Of a stretch of 26,453 nt of DNA, positions 24,469 to 26,453 are shown piece by piece (the stretch's first letter is position 1; every line of letters begins with the position of its first letter). The stretch is from a virus (Duplodnaviria > Caudoviricetes), in the IMG/VR virus record IMGVR_UViG_3300016469_000156, positions 1 through 26,453 of that record. One strand, given 5' to 3'. Made by a program: the position numbers and the translations under genes. The notes under the pieces were generated by a model. That model did not search any database. It saw only the letters and a list, made by a program, of their open reading frames with translations, and had not been told where the DNA came from.

Positions 24469-26453
24469 CTATGTGATCGCCGTAATGATTCCGTTTCGGA
24501 TGGTAAGCGTATTGCTCGTCGAGATATCAAAAGTGCCGTCAATGCCTTGATACCAAGTACCACCATCGTTGGTCCAGTAATTGTATGAGTATACATTTGA
24601 CCATCCCTGTCCGTTATACCCAAGACTAATGCCATTATTTGTAAATGGCGCAAAATAGCTCCCATCAACAAACGTATACCGCCCCGACCCCGGTCGAATA
24701 TAGATGTCGTATGAAGAATCGTTGTTGTCTAGATACAGATTGTTGTCGCTAGCGATAGTAAGGCAAACTCTTGCAGTGCCTCCAGTATCTTTAATCAGTA
24801 TTCCATTACTTGATCCATTCGCCAGAGTCAGACTATTGAACGTAACGCTGCTTGTCGTTGCAATACTTTGAGGCAGACTGAGTGTCACGCCTCCGGTAGA
24901 CGCAGAAGCAATAACTTGATTACTTGTTCCAGTGATTGAAGTGACGCCAGAATTGGTAATCGTTGCTGTCGTAGTTCCGCTAATTGATATTCCGGTGCCA
25001 GGAGAGAGCCGACTTACGATGTTCTGCCACTGAACACCGCTGCCGGTGCTTGCAAATAACTGACCACTTGACCCCGTTGACCCACCCGCCGTAACTGCCC
25101 CAGACAGTGTGATTCCGTATGTGTATACATTCCCAAATCGAAGAGCAGGCTGTCCGATATCTCCAACACTATCGGTATAGACATTGTACTGGGTAGCGTT
25201 CATCGTGGTTCCGCTCACGGTAGAGGCTGAAACCATATTGGTTATAGTGATCGCGTCTCCCCAAATAGAGGACCATCTGGCCGTTGTTAAGCCGAGAGAT
25301 GGAAGCGTTATGTCATTTACCGCATCTCCGCTTGCCGTACTCCTGAGAGACGGTATTAAATTAGTAAAGAGGTTTGTCGTATTATCGGGAAGTCCCACTA
25401 TCTGGCGACTACCGCTAATCCATCGAGATCCTGCGTTGTCTCGAATCGTGTAAGAACTGGCACTAATCGAAGCTACAGCTTGGTGATTCCAAAAACCAGA
25501 CCCGCCGCTGATATCCGCTACGTCCAGTTTTCGTACCTTAACGTAGTTATTGGCCACTCCTGCGGGGGCGGCCTCAATATTCTCGACATACAAAGTCTGA
25601 AAATAATTAGCCGAACTCCCAATATCGGCGACAGAGGGCGCTGTCACCAAAAGATTAGAGGTTAATGTAATCTGGTTGAATGCTACATTACTTGTGGTTG
25701 CAATACTCTGGGGTAAACTCAGCGTGATCGAGCCGGTTGAAGCTGACGCGATCACTTGATTGGCTGTTCCCGTGATTGAAGTGACGCCCGAGTTGGTCAC
25801 CGTGACAGTATTCGTGGCGCTAGAGACTGAAATACCAGAGCCAGCGGCTATCGTAATCGCCGGTCCGGCCATTCCATTAATTGACGTCAGCGTACCAGCC
25901 GCCGCCGTAGTCCACTGAACGCCCGTTCCCGTACTGGTCAAGACCTGACCGCTAGTCCCGACAGAGCCGCCAGCGGTTATAGTTCCGCTAGCCGTTATAT
26001 CCCGTACGCCTTGAAGCCTGCCTGTGGTGATAGAACCGCGCCATGTCCCCGTAGTATAGAGAGAATACTGCCCTTCCGCCTCAATTCCAGAAGTTCCAGT
26101 TGCGTCAGTGAGGATAAGTCGTCCGCAAGATCCCGGAGATACCTCCAAAAGCGCAGATGGAGATCCGGATGTTGTATCGTTTATTAGTATCGAGGCGTTC
26201 GATCCTCCTAACAAGCCAACTTGAATCAGCTTGGTAGATGCGGCAGTAAAAATCCGCATACCAGCAACGTACCCACCAGAGGTACTGTTGTCTATCGACG
26301 TAGTTATGCCATTGGCCGATAGAGAAAGAGTTGCGCCAACTATTTCAACTGAGCCAGTCCCTGCTGATGTTGCATATATCCTTGGCGTGGATGTCAAGCT
26401 GAGAGTCGGCGCAATTAGGAGGTTCTGGAAATAGCCGCCAGTAAAACTGACTG
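24469..26453 (-). CDS. Tail fibre / receptor-binding protein, C-terminal part (5' truncated by the window)
   Basis: The frame stays open to the window end (VSFTGGYFQNLLIAPTLSLTSTPR...). Ser/Thr/Gly-rich beta repeats; recurring [IL]G.....[FW]..[LIV][YW] fibre motif (four copies); C-terminal LTIRNGIITAIT. Confidence 0.85.
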   Translation of the reverse strand, partial: VSFTGGYFQNLLIAPTLSLTSTPRIYATSAGTGSVEIVGATLSLSANGITTSIDNSTSGGYVAGMRIFTAASTKLIQVGLLGGSNASILINDTTSGSPSALLEVSPGSCGRLILTDATGTSGIEAEGQYSLYTTGTWRGSITTGRLQGVRDITASGTITAGGSVGTSGQVLTSTGTGVQWTTAAAGTLTSINGMAGPAITIAAGSGISVSSATNTVTVTNSGVTSITGTANQVIASASTGSITLSLPQSIATTSNVAFNQITLTSNLLVTAPSVADIGSSANYFQTLYVENIEAAPAGVANNYVKVRKLDVADISGGSGFWNHQAVASISASSYTIRDNAGSRWISGSRQIVGLPDNTTNLFTNLIPSLRSTASGDAVNDITLPSLGLTTARWSSIWGDAITITNMVSASTVSGTTMNATQYNVYTDSVGDIGQPALRFGNVYTYGITLSGAVTAGGSTGSSGQLFASTGSGVQWQNIVSRLSPGTGISISGTTTATITNSGVTSITGTSNQVIASASTGGVTLSLPQSIATTSSVTFNSLTLANGSSNGILIKDTGGTARVCLTIASDNNLYLDNNDSSYDIYIRPGSGRYTFVDGSYFAPFTNNGISLGYNGQGWSNVYSYNYWTNDGGTWYQGIDGTFDISTSNTLTIRNGIITAIT
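24835..25985 (-). repeat. Duplicated module of about 90-100 aa within the tail fibre
   Basis: Copies at about 25675-25985 and 24835-25101: TAGGS.G.SGQ...STG.GVQW...TNSGVTSITGT[AS]NQVIASASTG..TLSLPQSIATTS.V.FN. Confidence 0.88.

Noticed and set aside
24835-25985. Tail-fibre repeat pair as a diversity-generating retroelement TR/VR
   Set aside because: Both copies are in frame in the same gene, differences are mostly synonymous and not adenine-specific, and there is no reverse transcriptase in the window.
11056-26434. Plus-strand ORFs in the right arm (e.g. 11056-11544, 14678-15241, 16310-16831)
   Set aside because: Antisense to long, motif-bearing genes; consistent with codon-bias shadows.
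1-26453. CRISPR array, tRNA, rRNA, integrase or IS element
   Set aside because: Coding density is very high with gaps under about 65 nt; no regularly spaced repeats, cloverleaf or transposase motifs were found by eye.
1-26453. Alternative genetic code (stop-codon reassignment)
   Set aside because: TAA, TAG and TGA all end full-length recognisable genes, and genes tile the window under the standard code.

Overview
Fragment of a tailed dsDNA bacteriophage (or prophage) genome, probably podovirus-like, read in the standard code. It has two convergent arms that meet at a bidirectional terminator (~10409-10437). The + arm (1-10389) carries replication and nucleotide genes: partial DnaB helicase, HNH nuclease, RusA-like resolvase, a TPR-GT9-like and GT4 glycosyltransferase pair, a metallophosphoesterase, ThyX, DUF3310, DUF1289 and a class II ribonucleotide reductase preceded by two putative NrdR boxes. 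The - arm (26453-10452) is a virion module: partial tail fibre, a small protein, a signal-peptide protein, a GNAT-like protein, a host-type RecA inserted at an unexpected position, three putative ejection proteins and a 2110-aa polyvalent protein. That giant protein fuses an ejection-type N-terminus, a Nudix hydrolase, a HipA/PI3-4-kinase-like domain, four copies of an unrecognised repeat and a C-terminal R-S-E ADP-ribosyltransferase. It is followed by a small Cys/His protein with its own apparent leaderless promoter (candidate immunity gene). The best candidate for a new system is this injected multi-enzyme effector plus immunity cassette, together with a hairpin/internal-promoter switch in front of the ejection genes. 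All family assignments come from motif recognition by eye; no database searches were run.
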